DNA of 64,000 nucleotides from Ruminococcus sp. Zagget11 (GCA_001941135.1 MSHL01000049.1:497-64496), one strand, 5' to 3'. Positions 19,621 through 30,620 are shown, counted from the first letter of the stretch. A program made the numbers and translations. Notes: a model not told the origin generated them from the sequence alone.

Positions 19621-20928
19621 ATGGCTGATATTAGAAATTCAAAAAACTGGAGCTTTGAAACAAGACAGCTCCATATCGGACAGGAGCAGGCTGACCCCAC
19701 CACCGATGCAAGAGCAGTACCCATCTATGCCACCACATCATTTGTATTTCACGATTCACAGCACGCCGCTGACAGATTCGCCTTAAAGGATGCGGGAAAT
19801 ATTTATGGCAGACTTACAAACCCCACACAGGACATTTTTGAACAGAGAATTGCTTCTCTTGAGGGCGGTGTGGCGGCGCTTGCCACTTCATCGGGAGCGG
19901 CTGCAATTAATTACACCCTTACTGCCCTTGCCCGCAGTGGCGAACATATAGTAGCCTCTAAAACGATTTACGGAGGAACCTATAACCTCCTTGCACACAC
20001 TCTCCCCCTTTCTTCGGGTATCACCACAACCTTTGTTGACCCGGAGGAGGATGGCTCCTTTGAGGCGGCTATCCGTGAAAATACCAAGGCGATTTTCATA
20101 GAAACACTGGGAAACCCAAATTCCAATATAATAGATATTGAAGCTGTTGCCGAAATCGCTCACAGGCACGGTATTCCCTTGGTTATAGATTCTACCTTTG
20201 CCACACCATACCTTATCAGACCGATTGAACACGGCGCTGATATTGTAGTACATTCCGCTACAAAGTTTATAGGCGGTCACGGTACGGCTATTGGCGGCGT
20301 AATTGTGGACAGCGGAAATTTTGATTGGAAATCATCGGGAAGATACCCATGGATTTCCGAGCCAAATCCCAGCTATCACGGGATAGCTTTTGCGGACGCT
20401 GTGGGTGCGGCTGCATTTGTTACATATATCCGTGCAATTCTTCTACGTGATACAGGCTCAACGCTCTCCCCTTTCCATGCATTTCTGTTCCTGCAAGGGC
20501 TTGAAACACTTTCACTTCGTGTAAACAGACACGTTGAAAATGCACTGAAAATCGTCAGCTACCTTAACAATCACCCGCAGGTAGAGGCCGTTCATCACCC
20601 ATCACTTCCCACGGAGCCAAGCCACGAGCTTTATAAGAAATATTTTCCCAAGGGCGCAGGCTCTATCTTTACCTTTGAGATTAAGGGCAATGCGGAAACG
20701 GCTAAAAGGTTTATTGACAACCTTGCTATATTCTCACTGCTGGCAAACGTTGCCGATGTAAAATCCCTTGTAATTCACCCTGCAAGTACAACGCACTCAC
20801 AGCTTACCGATGAGGAGCTGCTGGATCAGGGAATAAAGCCTAATACCATACGCTTATCCATAGGTATTGAGGACGCAAACGACCTTATTGCCGCACTGGA
20901 TGCCGCTTTCAAGGCAGTTGAGGGCTAA
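19621..20928 (+). CDS. metY: O-acetylhomoserine aminocarboxypropyltransferase / sulfhydrylase
   Basis: [31 protein letters not shown] (PLP Lys), [10 protein letters not shown]. Confidence 0.94.
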   Translation: MADIRNSKNWSFETRQLHIGQEQADPTTDARAVPIYATTSFVFHDSQHAADRFALKDAGNIYGRLTNPTQDIFEQRIASLEGGVAALATSSGAAAINYTLTALARSGEHIVASKTIYGGTYNLLAHTLPLSSGITTTFVDPEEDGSFEAAIRENTKAIFIETLGNPNSNIIDIEAVAEIAHRHGIPLVIDSTFATPYLIRPIEHGADIVVHSATKFIGGHGTAIGGVIVDSGNFDWKSSGRYPWISEPNPSYHGIAFADAVGAAAFVTYIRAILLRDTGSTLSPFHAFLFLQGLETLSLRVNRHVENALKIVSYLNNHPQVEAVHHPSLPTEPSHELYKKYFPKGAGSIFTFEIKGNAETAKRFIDNLAIFSLLANVADVKSLVIHPASTTHSQLTDEELLDQGIKPNTIRLSIGIEDANDLIAALDAAFKAVEG

Positions 20929-20953
20929 AGCCGCAAAACGATAATATATACAG

Positions 20954-20990
20954 ATAATCCGAGGACATTGCAGCGTTCTCGGATTATTGG
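20954..20990 (+). terminator. Terminator hairpin after metY
   Basis: ataatccgagga..ttctcggattat. Confidence 0.6.
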
Positions 20991-21004
20991 TATTATTATT
21001 ATTT

Positions 21005-21099
21005 TAAGGAAATGCTGATTAATGCGTCAGCAATCGTTTCCAACCCTCGAAAAGCCCTTACTGAGAGGGTTGAGAAACGATTTAATCAGCGATTCCTTA
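21005..21099. mobile_element. 95-bp MITE-like inverted repeat
   Basis: Outer IR taaggaaatgctgattaa / ttaatcagcgattcctta (16/18), inner IR aatcgtttc-caaccctc / gagggttgagaaacgatt. Confidence 0.6.
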
Positions 21100-21262
21100 G
21101 TGTCGCTATAATCGGAATAATATTCGAGAAATCTTTGTCCGTAGCCTTATGCAGTGTTCCGTAAAATATACATTTTCCCATACAAAGCAGTAACAATAAC
21201 GTTTTCTCCCCTTTGGCATATGATAAAATAACCTATACGACCTGCATAAGGAGGTTTTATAT

Positions 21263-21814
21263 ATGCAGCTTAGTAAAAATACGCAAAAATATCTTGATTG
21301 CTACTGTGATATTCTATCGGAAATGCAGTCACAAATGACTTCTGTAAGGTTCAGCGGAAATATTTCCATTGATTTCATAAAACAGATGATTCCTCATCAC
21401 CGAGGGGCAATAAAGATGTCGGAATCGCTTCTGGAATACACAACTAATATCCCATTACAAAACATTGCCCTTGACATAATATCCGAGCAGAGGGAAAGCA
21501 TTGAAAGCATGGAGAGTATTATCCCCCTATGCAGCCGAGGCTTTAATCCCCCTCAGGCACAGCGTATGTACTACGATGAAAACAGGAAAATACTGAACAA
21601 TATGTTCAGATGTATGCATAACGCCTGCAGTGACAACAGCATAGATATAAGCTTTATGCGGGAAATGATACCGCACCATTTAGGGGCAATTGCCATGTCG
21701 GAAAATGCCCTGCGTTTCGGAATTTGCCGTGAGCTTATTCCCATATTGAGGGATATTATTTCATCCCAGAAAAAGGGCGTTTGCCAAATGAGGGAGCTGC
21801 TGCCGGAGAAATAA
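21263..21814 (+). CDS. DUF305 / CopM-like ferritin-fold protein
   Basis: Duplicated motif F..QMIPHHRGAI.MS and FMREMIPHHLGAIAMS; upstream ATAA..CATATGAT resembles a SigE promoter. Confidence 0.85.
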   Translation: MQLSKNTQKYLDCYCDILSEMQSQMTSVRFSGNISIDFIKQMIPHHRGAIKMSESLLEYTTNIPLQNIALDIISEQRESIESMESIIPLCSRGFNPPQAQRMYYDENRKILNNMFRCMHNACSDNSIDISFMREMIPHHLGAIAMSENALRFGICRELIPILRDIISSQKKGVCQMRELLPEK

Positions 21815-21825
21815 ACGCTGATAGC

Positions 21826-22518
21826 CTATGACAATATACCCAAAAGCTCTTCCAAATCCGCTATGGTATAATCCTGACCAAAATCCTGTGACGTATTTTT
21901 TCGGTTTATCAGCACCGAGGTACAGCCAAAGTGTTTTGCGGTTTCTATGTCCTTTTTCTCGTCCCCCGCAAAAATCATTTCCCGCCTGTCAAGTGAAAAT
22001 TTTTCGGCAATATCTGTCAGTCCCTTGGGATTGGGCTTTCTGTATCCGCAGGACTGTGAGGAAACATACATATCAAAGTAAGGCATAAGATTGCTGAAAT
22101 AGCCAATGTGCATTTCATCGGGCATCGCTGTCGCAACATCGGTCAATGTACAGATTTTATAACCCATTGACCTTAGCAAGCCGAGAACCCTCTCACTTTC
22201 GGGATAGGTATATGCTTTAAGTCCAAAGGCAAGGAAAAATTCTTTTATAGCCTCGTCCAAGTCAAACCTACCCGTCCAAGAGGCGGTTACCTCGCCAAAA
22301 ATATGTCGAGGGGAATATTCCCTTTCCCTATAATTCACGGTTGGATTATAGGAACGCAGGATTTGCAGGGATTTTTCTGCTTCCTCCTCTGTTAAATCAA
22401 GAGAAAGCTTACGGTTTACGGTATCGAGAGCATCGGGGTAAAAATCCAGCCAAACATTGGGCATACCCCTGTATTCCATCAATGTTCCGCCAACGTCAAA
22501 TACAACAGCTTTATACAT
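21826..22518 (-). CDS. HAD-family hydrolase, last gene of the thi operon
   Basis: VFDVGGTL, RKPNP, AGDEKKDI motifs. Confidence 0.88.
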   Translation of the reverse strand: MYKAVVFDVGGTLMEYRGMPNVWLDFYPDALDTVNRKLSLDLTEEEAEKSLQILRSYNPTVNYREREYSPRHIFGEVTASWTGRFDLDEAIKEFFLAFGLKAYTYPESERVLGLLRSMGYKICTLTDVATAMPDEMHIGYFSNLMPYFDMYVSSQSCGYRKPNPKGLTDIAEKFSLDRREMIFAGDEKKDIETAKHFGCTSVLINRKNTSQDFGQDYTIADLEELLGILS

Positions 22519-22520
22519 AA

Positions 22521-23324
22521 TTACACCCTTTCTGTCGGTACGCCGTGCCACAGAGGTCCCGATCCATGACCTATATCGAACCCCACAGAAAGCGCCGCCG
22601 TAACATATTCCTTTGCAAGACGAACGGCGGTACAGATGTCCTTACCCTCTGCAAGGCGACAGGCTATTGCCGATGATAAGGTACATCCCGTACCGTGGCT
22701 ATTAACTGTATTTACCCGTATGCCCTCTATAATATGGCATTTTCCGTCAATGAACAGATAATCGCTGCAGTCAAGGTGACCGCCCTTTATAAGCACTGCA
22801 CCGCTTGTCATTCCGCATAAAATTTTTCCCGCAGTGTATATGTCATTCTCACCGTTTATTCTTACCCCGCTGAGCCGTTCCGTTTCGGCTTTGTTCGGGG
22901 TAATTATATCGGCAATGGGAAACAGCTTATCCACATATACCTTTATTCCGTCCTCACTGATAAGGGCACTGCCGCTTGTAGACACCATAACAGTGTCGCA
23001 GACTATGCTTTTTGCGTTGTAATAAGTAAGTCTGTCAGCCACAGCAGCAGCATTTTCGCTGTTCATGAGCATACCGATTTTAACCGCATCGGGGGGAACA
23101 TCTGTAAAAACGCTGTCAATCTGGTCGGCAAGCATTTTCTGTGGTATGGCAAGAGTGCTGCTCACGCCTAAGGTGTTTTGCGCGGTTATTGCGGTTATTG
23201 CGGTCATGGCATAGTGGCAATGGGCGGAAATAGTCTTTATATCCGCTTGTATTCCTGCGCCGCCGCTGCTGTCCGATCCGGCTATGGACAGTATTTTTTT
23301 TATATGGGACAGGTTTGTTTCCAT
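22521..23324 (-). CDS. thiD: Hydroxymethylpyrimidine/phosphomethylpyrimidine kinase
   Basis: SIAGSDSSGGAGIQADIKT, TAQNT, HGTGCTLSSAIA. Confidence 0.96.
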   Translation of the reverse strand: METNLSHIKKILSIAGSDSSGGAGIQADIKTISAHCHYAMTAITAITAQNTLGVSSTLAIPQKMLADQIDSVFTDVPPDAVKIGMLMNSENAAAVADRLTYYNAKSIVCDTVMVSTSGSALISEDGIKVYVDKLFPIADIITPNKAETERLSGVRINGENDIYTAGKILCGMTSGAVLIKGGHLDCSDYLFIDGKCHIIEGIRVNTVNSHGTGCTLSSAIACRLAEGKDICTAVRLAKEYVTAALSVGFDIGHGSGPLWHGVPTERV

Positions 23325-23335
23325 ATAAGCCTCCG

Positions 23336-23977
23336 TCAGATACATATTCTTTTTACTTGTTCGGAAAGCCTTCGGGCATTCATGGTAATATCCTCACTGC
23401 TGCTTGCCGAGAAAACTCCCGATACAACAGCAATTCCGCTTATCCCCGTTCCGTCAAGGGTAAGTACATTTTCACTGCTTATCCCGCCTATGGCATATAC
23501 GGGAATATTGACCGAGTGAACAATTTCCGTGAGCAATTCCCTGCTGACACCAATTGCACCGGGCTTTGTCGGTGACGGAAAAATTGCGCCGCAGCCAAGA
23601 TAATCCGCACCCATACTTTCCGCCCTTACCGACTGCTCCACTGTCTTTGCGGTGACACCGATTATTTTCCCACTGCCGAGAATTGACCTTGCCTTTTCGG
23701 GAGAACCGTCCGACTGCCCCAAATGAACACCGTCCGCACCTGATTTTTCTGCGGCATATACGCTGTCGTTCACAATAAGCAGCGCACCCAAGGGACGCGT
23801 TACCCGCAAAAGTGCGGCCGCCTTTTCCGCAAGCATATCCTCATCGGAATTTTTATCCCTAAGCTGTATAATACCGCAGCCGCCGATTACCGCAGCCTTT
23901 ACCTGTTCTTCAAGGGGAATGGCGGTATAGGACGGGTTTGTGATACCGTACAGCCTGCAAGCAGCTATATTCATCAT
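23336..23977 (-). CDS. thiE: Thiamine-phosphate synthase
   Basis: IIQLRDK, IVND, GVHLGQSD, SPTK, AIGGI. Confidence 0.95.
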   Translation of the reverse strand: MMNIAACRLYGITNPSYTAIPLEEQVKAAVIGGCGIIQLRDKNSDEDMLAEKAAALLRVTRPLGALLIVNDSVYAAEKSGADGVHLGQSDGSPEKARSILGSGKIIGVTAKTVEQSVRAESMGADYLGCGAIFPSPTKPGAIGVSRELLTEIVHSVNIPVYAIGGISSENVLTLDGTGISGIAVVSGVFSASSSEDITMNARRLSEQVKRICI

Positions 23978-23985
23978 GGCAATTA

Positions 23986-25299
23986 CTACCTTTCACTGCA
24001 AAATTCGACGTTCTTGCCCTCTAAAATCATATTTGTTGTACGAACGGCGCACATTTTTCCGCACATAGAGCAGGTATGACGCTCTGCGGGAGGAACGCTT
24101 TCGTAATATTCACGGGCTTTATCGGGATCGTATGCAACCTTGAACATTCCCTCCCAGTCCAGCTTGTGGCGTGCCTTTGCCATTTCATCGTCCAAATCCT
24201 TTGCATGAGGGACACCCTTGGCAATATCTGCAGCGTGTGCGGCGATTTTGCTTGCCGCAATTCCCTCCTTAACATCGTCAATATCGGGAAGTCTTAAATG
24301 CTCGGCGGGCGTAACGTAGCAAAGGAAATCCGCACCGTTTGCGGCGGCAATTGCACCGCCTATAGCCGATGTAATATGGTCGTAGCCGGGAAAAATATCC
24401 GATACAAGAGGACCTAACACATAAAAAGGCGCATTGTGACAAATTCTCTTTTGCAGTGTCATATTTGCGGCAATTTCATTCATTGCCATATGTCCGGGTC
24501 CCTCTACCATTACCTGAACGTCATGCTCCCACGCCCTCTTTGTAAGATTGCCAAGCTCAATCAATTCGCTTATCTGACCGGCATCTGTGGCATCGGAAAT
24601 ACAACCCGGACGTAATGCATCACCCAAACTTATTGTAACATCATATTCACGTAGAATTTCCAAAACATCATCGTAATACTCATAAAAAGGATTCTCATTA
24701 CCCGTCATTGACATCCACGCAAAAAGCAGCGAGCCTCCGCGGGAAACAATATTCATTTTCCTGCCCTCGCGTCTGAAGACTTCAATTGCCCTCTTATTTA
24801 TTCCCGCATGAATGGTCATAAAGTCAACGCCCTCTTCGGCATGAGCCTTTACCACCTTAAGAAAATCCTCCGCCGTTATTTCCAAGAGATCCTTATCAAG
24901 ATAGCCAATTGCATCATACATGGGGACAGTGCCTATCATTGCGGTACTCATATCAATAAGCTGTCTGCGGAAGGTGTTGGTTTTACCGTAGTTGCTCAGA
25001 TCCATTATCGCTTCTGCGCCGTACTTGAGGGCAAGCTTTACCTTTTCCATTTCCATTGTATAATCCTTGCAGTCCCCCGAAATACCGAGATTTACATTTA
25101 TCTTGGTGCGCAATCCCTCACCGATTCCCTCGGCTGACAAGGATTTATGCATTTTGTTGGCAGGAATTGCAACAACTCCCCTTGCAACCTTTTCCATGAT
25201 AGCCTCGGGGGCAGAATATTCCTTTTCGGCAACTGTTCTCATTTCCGGGGTAATAATCCCCTTTTTGGCTGCCTCCATCTGTGTAGCGTACTCTCTCAT
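23986..25299 (-). CDS. thiC: Phosphomethylpyrimidine synthase
   Basis: [43 protein letters not shown]. Confidence 0.97.
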   Translation of the reverse strand: MREYATQMEAAKKGIITPEMRTVAEKEYSAPEAIMEKVARGVVAIPANKMHKSLSAEGIGEGLRTKINVNLGISGDCKDYTMEMEKVKLALKYGAEAIMDLSNYGKTNTFRRQLIDMSTAMIGTVPMYDAIGYLDKDLLEITAEDFLKVVKAHAEEGVDFMTIHAGINKRAIEVFRREGRKMNIVSRGGSLLFAWMSMTGNENPFYEYYDDVLEILREYDVTISLGDALRPGCISDATDAGQISELIELGNLTKRAWEHDVQVMVEGPGHMAMNEIAANMTLQKRICHNAPFYVLGPLVSDIFPGYDHITSAIGGAIAAANGADFLCYVTPAEHLRLPDIDDVKEGIAASKIAAHAADIAKGVPHAKDLDDEMAKARHKLDWEGMFKVAYDPDKAREYYESVPPAERHTCSMCGKMCAVRTTNMILEGKNVEFCSER

Positions 25300-25323
25300 A
25301 AAAACACCTCTTAATAAATAATA

Positions 25324-25359
25324 AACTCCGAATGTATGCGGGTAACATACGTTCGGAGT
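25324..25359 (-). terminator. Attenuator hairpin of the TPP riboswitch expression platform
   Basis: actccgaacgtatg..catacattcggagt followed by a U-rich tract on the minus strand, between aptamer and thiC. Confidence 0.7.
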
Positions 25360-25393
25360 AACATTCATACAGGAAAATTACTGTTCCGTTCGC

Positions 25394-25477
25394 ATTGCTC
25401 CCTACTACGGTATTAACCGACAGGTTCAAAGGGTTATAATCTCAACTATGTTTATATATACACAGTTCCCCTGCAAT
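25394..25477 (-). ncRNA. TPP riboswitch
   Basis: Minus strand GCAGGGG..TGAGA..ACCCTTTGAACCTGTCGGTTAATACCG..GTAGGGAGC upstream of thiC. Confidence 0.9.
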
Positions 25478-26344
25478 TTACAACATATTCTTCATTTTTT
25501 CCGTCATATAGCAATAAAAGTCATAAGCAAGCTCGTTTTCGGGTGTGTGACAGGTGAATGTAATTTCCCTGCGGCACACAGGATCGAAAATAGGTATCAG
25601 CCGTACATAATCGGTATTGATAGCGCCCCATGAATAGGCAGGCCAAAAGCCTATTCCCATTCCCGCACCGATAAGGTCACGGACAATAGACGGAGAATCG
25701 CTTTCAAGTATAACGTTCGGTGAAAATCCAACGGAGCAGCAGAGGGATTCACATATATTATGAAACGGCTTTGCGGCGGACAATATTATAAATCCCTCGT
25801 TCCTCACAGACCAAAGGTCAATGGATTCCTTATAGGCATAAACCGAATTATAGGGAACGGCAAGTCTTATTTCTTCAATAAAGGAAAGCTGTGTAACACC
25901 CTTTGCGGCAATACCGTCGGTTTTATGGCGCACGGTGGAAATGGAGCAATCACAATTCTTATCATTCTCGTCTTGACGCAGATTGAAATTCACATCGGGA
26001 TTTTCCCTTTTGTAGCCGATAATAAAATCCGTAACAAGCATTGATGCGGCAAGAATATTCAGCCGTATTGTACGGTTCTGAAGATTGGCAACCTGCTTAA
26101 GCTCCTCGGGAAGTCTGTCTAATACGGGCAGCAGCTCGCCAAGCTGCTTATATAAATATTCCCCACATTCCGACAAAGCGATACTGCGGCCCCTGCGGAT
26201 AAATAAGTTCACCCCAAGCTCCGATTCCAGTCTGTGTATAGATTGAGTAAGAGCAGGCTGTGCAATATGCAGACTTTCCGCCGCATGAGTAATATGCTCA
26301 CACTTGGCAGCGGCATAAAAGTACCGCAGCTGAGATAGTTCCAT
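25478..26344 (-). CDS. LysR-family transcriptional regulator
   Basis: MELSQLRYF..ITHAAESLHIAQPALTQSIHRLESELGVNLF. Confidence 0.93.
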   Translation of the reverse strand: MELSQLRYFYAAAKCEHITHAAESLHIAQPALTQSIHRLESELGVNLFIRRGRSIALSECGEYLYKQLGELLPVLDRLPEELKQVANLQNRTIRLNILAASMLVTDFIIGYKRENPDVNFNLRQDENDKNCDCSISTVRHKTDGIAAKGVTQLSFIEEIRLAVPYNSVYAYKESIDLWSVRNEGFIILSAAKPFHNICESLCCSVGFSPNVILESDSPSIVRDLIGAGMGIGFWPAYSWGAINTDYVRLIPIFDPVCRREITFTCHTPENELAYDFYCYMTEKMKNML

Positions 26345-26358
26345 ATTGCACCTCCGTA

Positions 26359-26889
26359 TCAGCCATTTTCCGACAAATACACGACAAAGGCATATTCCTC
26401 GGGAACACCGCCGCGATATATTACCAGTCTAAATCCCCTTATATGCTCCGAATAGGCTGTACTCGGCAAGAGGGAGGAAAGCTCGGCGCTGTGATGTGAA
26501 AGGGTAATTTTATTTACATCGCCAAGCTGTAAAGCAGCCTCACTGTCACTATATATGCTTACACCGTTATCATTCAAAAGGTGGTCGTACAGATAAGCGC
26601 TGTCAAAATCGCCGCCTATGGTTATTTCCAGTATATCACCCACCGCAGCGGACGGAATATCCTCCTCCTGCAAAAGCGGTGAAAAGATCAACACCTCCGT
26701 GTCCTCATGGGAGGTGTCGGACGTATCGTCAAGGAATGAATCGGTTTCAACCTCAACCTGACGGACAGCAACGTCATAGCCGTCAATCCTAACGGAAACA
26801 TAGGCATCCTCCGAACAACCGCACAGAGAAATAACGGCTGCCGACATTATAATTAACAGTGCAATAAGCTTAATCCGTATTTTCGTCAA
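26359..26889 (-). CDS. Hypothetical lipoprotein
   Basis: Signal peptide with SLCGC lipobox. Confidence 0.65.
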   Translation of the reverse strand: MTKIRIKLIALLIIMSAAVISLCGCSEDAYVSVRIDGYDVAVRQVEVETDSFLDDTSDTSHEDTEVLIFSPLLQEEDIPSAAVGDILEITIGGDFDSAYLYDHLLNDNGVSIYSDSEAALQLGDVNKITLSHHSAELSSLLPSTAYSEHIRGFRLVIYRGGVPEEYAFVVYLSENG

Positions 26890-27847
26890 CTATCTCCTCG
26901 CCATCCTCATCGGCGGAAATTTCATCCTCGTTATAATCGTATTCGGCAACGGCCTCGTCCTCCGTATCGGCACGGGCGGAAAGTATCACTCCCGCATAGT
27001 CAATTTCCTCATAATACACATTTTTTACGGTATTATCCACATCGGAAAATTCAACAAGGTAGTTAAACGCCCTGTCGCAGTAGGTTTCCTCATCGTAATA
27101 GTAGTATCTGTAGCAGTAAACCGAATCATTATTCACATTTCTGCTAATATAATAGGGCTTAAATCCGAATTGCTTGGTAATGCTGTTTATGGGCATACCG
27201 TAGGCAACGCTGTCTTGAGTGAGCATTTCAGCCATCTTTCTGCCTTTCCAGTTGTATTTCAGCTGTGAAAAATCGTAATAATCCACCTCGGTTATCAGTC
27301 CGTCATCGCCGACATAAAGCATAACCGCCCACTCGGGCTGGTCCGAGCCGCTAACCTTGACAGTCCCCTCGGAAACACACACGTAATCAAAATCAGCCAT
27401 ACTGTCAACAATGCCGTTACCGCTCTTTTCCATAAATGTAAGGCCTGTATCGGAAGCAGCATATTCCACGTTTCTTCCCAAGGGAATATTTTGAGCGGCT
27501 TTAAGACCCTTGTTCGCCTCGCTGAGGGAAACAAGCCAAACAATTATAAGTATCACAGCTACAACAGCTATGCAGATCGCACCTACACGAAGCTTTTTCT
27601 TAAATTCAGCTTTTCTTTCGGGAGAGCGTTCCCTTTTCTGCTTTGTTTCGGCAGCTTCCGAATCAGCCGCTGCGGAACGCTTTGAAAAAAGCTTTTTCTT
27701 CTTTTTATTTTTGTCGGATGGATTTTTCATTCTTCCCTTTTCGTCAACATTTTCAGGGAGAACGCCTACCTCAAGCTCTGCACCGCAAACCTCGCAAAAT
27801 ATATTACCGTCGGGACACTGTGCCCCACATTTCTTGCAGACTATCAC
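26870..27847 (-). CDS. Zinc-ribbon domain membrane protein
   Basis: CKKCG..FCEVCG N-terminus, basic linker, one TM helix, extracellular domain. Confidence 0.8.
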   Translation of the reverse strand: MIVCKKCGAQCPDGNIFCEVCGAELEVGVLPENVDEKGRMKNPSDKNKKKKKLFSKRSAAADSEAAETKQKRERSPERKAEFKKKLRVGAICIAVVAVILIIVWLVSLSEANKGLKAAQNIPLGRNVEYAASDTGLTFMEKSGNGIVDSMADFDYVCVSEGTVKVSGSDQPEWAVMLYVGDDGLITEVDYYDFSQLKYNWKGRKMAEMLTQDSVAYGMPINSITKQFGFKPYYISRNVNNDSVYCYRYYYYDEETYCDRAFNYLVEFSDVDNTVKNVYYEEIDYAGVILSARADTEDEAVAEYDYNEDEISADEDGEEIVDENTD

Positions 27848-27981
27848 CTTTTATCATCCCTTTATCAATAAAAACGCTGCAAAGAGGAAGCATACACTAT
27901 TCGGTAAACGGCAAAAAATTATCCCTCTCAACAGCTTTCCACAATTATACCACATTCTTTGCGCTTTGTCAACAAATATAT

Positions 27982-29280
27982 TTATTTTGTAGTGTTACAA
28001 AAATTATTGCCTGGCAGCACAACAGTCATTCTTGTACCTATGTCCTTGTAGGAAATTACCTCGAAGTGGCCGCCGTGTCGGTCTACTATCCACTTGGCTA
28101 TGGAAAGACCAAGCCCCGTACCGCCCGTTCCCCTTGTCCTTGAGCTGTCTGAACGGTAGAAGCGGTCAAATATTTTCGGTATATCCTTTTCATCTATCCC
28201 AATTCCCATATCCTGCACCTCAAAGGCGGGCTGCCCCAAGGCATTGTATTTTACGCGGAGCGTTATGGAATTGCCCTTGGGAGTATACTTTTTGGCATTG
28301 TCACACAATATTCGAGCTGTTTGTTTAAGCATAGCCACATCTCCGCTAACCGATACTTCATCCCGAATATCAGCAATATATTCATGATCCGAATCAATCA
28401 TCTCCGCCTCGGATAATACCTCCCGCATCATATCCGACAGGGAAAAATCCACTATAGTAAGCTGTTGTCTGCCATTATCCCCTCTTGCAAGGAACAGCAG
28501 CTGCTCCACAAGGTTATTCATGCACTCCGATTCTTTCCTTATGGCTTCTATACCCTCTTCAAGAACCTTTTCATCGGTTTTTCCCCATCTGTCAAGCATA
28601 TCCGCATAACCCTTTATTACGGCAATAGGTGTTCTCAGCTCATGTGCCGCATCGGATACAAAACGCGCCTGACTGTTGTAAGCCGCACGCATACGGTCAA
28701 GCATATCGTTTATAGCGTCCTCAAGCCGTTTCAAATCCCTGTTCCCCGTGGAAATATGCACATCGGTCATGGGATCGAGCCTGTCAATTGCCGATTCGAT
28801 ATCGTCAAAGCTATAGCTGTTTCTGTGCGCCTTTTCCGTAAGCTCTGTGGCTGTAAACGCTATTTTGTTCAGCGGTTGAAGCATACTTTTTGCCTTGAAA
28901 TATTCCGAAAACCAACTGACAGCCCACATAATCAGCTGAAGAGCAATTACAAGCGCAAATATCACTGTGCCGATGAACACATATTCCCCTATGTCTACCG
29001 AATATTCGCCGAAATTATACCTTGCCGATAAAAGGAAATCGGTAAGCCAATCAAGGCTTGCCGAAAAGCCTTCCGCTGTATCAAAGGTGACACTTCGTTC
29101 TGTATGCAGGTTAATTTCTCCCACAAGGTGCATCTCCGTTACCCCACAGAGGAGAAATAAGAGCATTACCCCAAAAAACAAGTCCCAAGATAAGTAAATC
29201 CACAGCTTTTCAAACTGCCAATGACTTGCTATTCTGCCTGCAATGGAACGGCTGTCCGCCGCTTTATTCATCTTTGACAT
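27982..29280 (-). CDS. Sensor histidine kinase (ArlS-like)
   Basis: FVSDAAHELRTP, DNAKKYT, DMGIGI, FDRFYR, GTGLGLSIAKW. Confidence 0.94.
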   Translation of the reverse strand: MSKMNKAADSRSIAGRIASHWQFEKLWIYLSWDLFFGVMLLFLLCGVTEMHLVGEINLHTERSVTFDTAEGFSASLDWLTDFLLSARYNFGEYSVDIGEYVFIGTVIFALVIALQLIMWAVSWFSEYFKAKSMLQPLNKIAFTATELTEKAHRNSYSFDDIESAIDRLDPMTDVHISTGNRDLKRLEDAINDMLDRMRAAYNSQARFVSDAAHELRTPIAVIKGYADMLDRWGKTDEKVLEEGIEAIRKESECMNNLVEQLLFLARGDNGRQQLTIVDFSLSDMMREVLSEAEMIDSDHEYIADIRDEVSVSGDVAMLKQTARILCDNAKKYTPKGNSITLRVKYNALGQPAFEVQDMGIGIDEKDIPKIFDRFYRSDSSRTRGTGGTGLGLSIAKWIVDRHGGHFEVISYKDIGTRMTVVLPGNNFCNTTK

Positions 29281-29322
29281 ATAAAAGCAATCTCCTTTCG
29301 GAGTTATTTACGTTAATTTCTG

Positions 29323-30009
29323 TCACTTAACGGTATAGCCCATTCCCCTGACTGTCGTTATGAATTTAGTGTCCGACACGGTTTCAAGCTTGCTGCGCAG
29401 ATATCTTATGTATACGTCCACAACGTTGGCTTCACCGAAATAATCATATCCCCATACCTTTTCCAAAAGCTGCTCCCTTGTCAGAACGATAGATGCATTT
29501 TCAATCAGCGTCTGCAAGAGCGTAAATTCCTTCATTGTAAGCTCTACGGGCTTTCCTCCGCAGGTAACGGTATGGCGGGCGCAGTCCATAGTCAGATCCT
29601 TAAATGTAAGTATATCCTTATCTCCTCCGATAACGGATGTTTTCGCAGCGCTGCTTTGACGGAGAACAGCTCTTATCCTTGCAAGAAGCTCCTCAATGGC
29701 AAAGGGCTTTGTTATGTAGTCATTTGCACCCATATCAAGTCCCGACACCTTGTCCATAACAGAATCTCTTGCGGTAAGCATAATAACGGGCACATCCGAT
29801 GACAGTCTTAACCGTCTCAGAACCTCAACACCGTTCAGCCCCGGCAGCATTATATCTAAGAGAATAAGGTCAAATTCACCGTTTTCCGCAAGCTCCAAAC
29901 CGTTTCTTTCATCTCCCGAAATTACAGTTTCATATTGCTCATGCTCCAGTTCAAGCTGTATGAATCTTGCCATAGACTGTTCGTCCTCTATAATCAGTAT
30001 TTTAGGCAA
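29323..30009 (-). CDS. OmpR-family response regulator (ArlR-like)
   Basis: ILIIEDE, LDIMLPG, DYITKPF, VDVYIRYLRSK, TVRGMGY. Confidence 0.95.
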   Translation of the reverse strand: MPKILIIEDEQSMARFIQLELEHEQYETVISGDERNGLELAENGEFDLILLDIMLPGLNGVEVLRRLRLSSDVPVIMLTARDSVMDKVSGLDMGANDYITKPFAIEELLARIRAVLRQSSAAKTSVIGGDKDILTFKDLTMDCARHTVTCGGKPVELTMKEFTLLQTLIENASIVLTREQLLEKVWGYDYFGEANVVDVYIRYLRSKLETVSDTKFITTVRGMGYTVK

Positions 30010-30021
30010 AGTATAATCCCC

Positions 30022-30453
30022 CTATCTTTTCTCAATTGTATAGCTTACACCGCAGACAAATGATATAATAACAGCCATAAGTGCGGGAACAGATGCCACT
30101 ATCAGTATAATTGCCACAGCTATCAGTGGTATGGATAATATTTCTGTCCCATCCTTAAGCACAATGAGATGATATGAAACAGAGCTTTTCAATATCTCCT
30201 CTAATTTTTGCAGCAATATGCGAAAGAACTCCCCCGGAGTTTCCGCATCCGCCGCGGTCTTTTTATCGTGAAAAAAATTAAATCCCCCTGCCGTAGAGTA
30301 TCTGTTTTGGTTACCGTTCAGCTTCCCCTGCCTTTCAAGGTAAATCATGGCGTCAAGCAGATCATAATTAACCTGTTCAAGCACCCATGCCGCTTCCTCA
30401 TAGGTAATTCCGCATTTTTCCACAAGCTTTTCAGCCATTTCATGCCTCTCCAC
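30022..30453 (-). CDS. DUF4342-like protein with UBA/EF-Ts-like N-terminus
   Basis: EKLVEKCGITYEEA..DLLDAMIYLERQG plus hydrophobic C-terminus; GTG start; TTGCAA-17-TATAAT promoter upstream. Confidence 0.7.
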   Translation of the reverse strand: MERHEMAEKLVEKCGITYEEAAWVLEQVNYDLLDAMIYLERQGKLNGNQNRYSTAGGFNFFHDKKTAADAETPGEFFRILLQKLEEILKSSVSYHLIVLKDGTEILSIPLIAVAIILIVASVPALMAVIISFVCGVSYTIEKR

Positions 30454-30620
30454 ACGCTCACCATCCTTCAGAATAAACAGCGTCATTCAGCGACTTCATC
30501 CGTAACATTATAACACAGATTTGATCTGATTGCAAGGGCTTTGAACAACACGACCGCCGCACAGTGTTTACGCTAAACTGCTTCACACTGCACAGCGGTG
30601 ATGTCAAGAATAATAAGCAA

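Noticed and set aside
25300-25429. ThiC N-terminal extension and a 94-aa ORF in the leader
   Set aside because: These overlap the riboswitch expression platform; ThiC homology starts at MREYATQ.
30545-30610. Imperfect hairpin between the DUF4342-like genes considered as an ncRNA such as 6S
   Set aside because: It is too short, lacks family motifs, and sits where a terminator for the upstream gene is expected.
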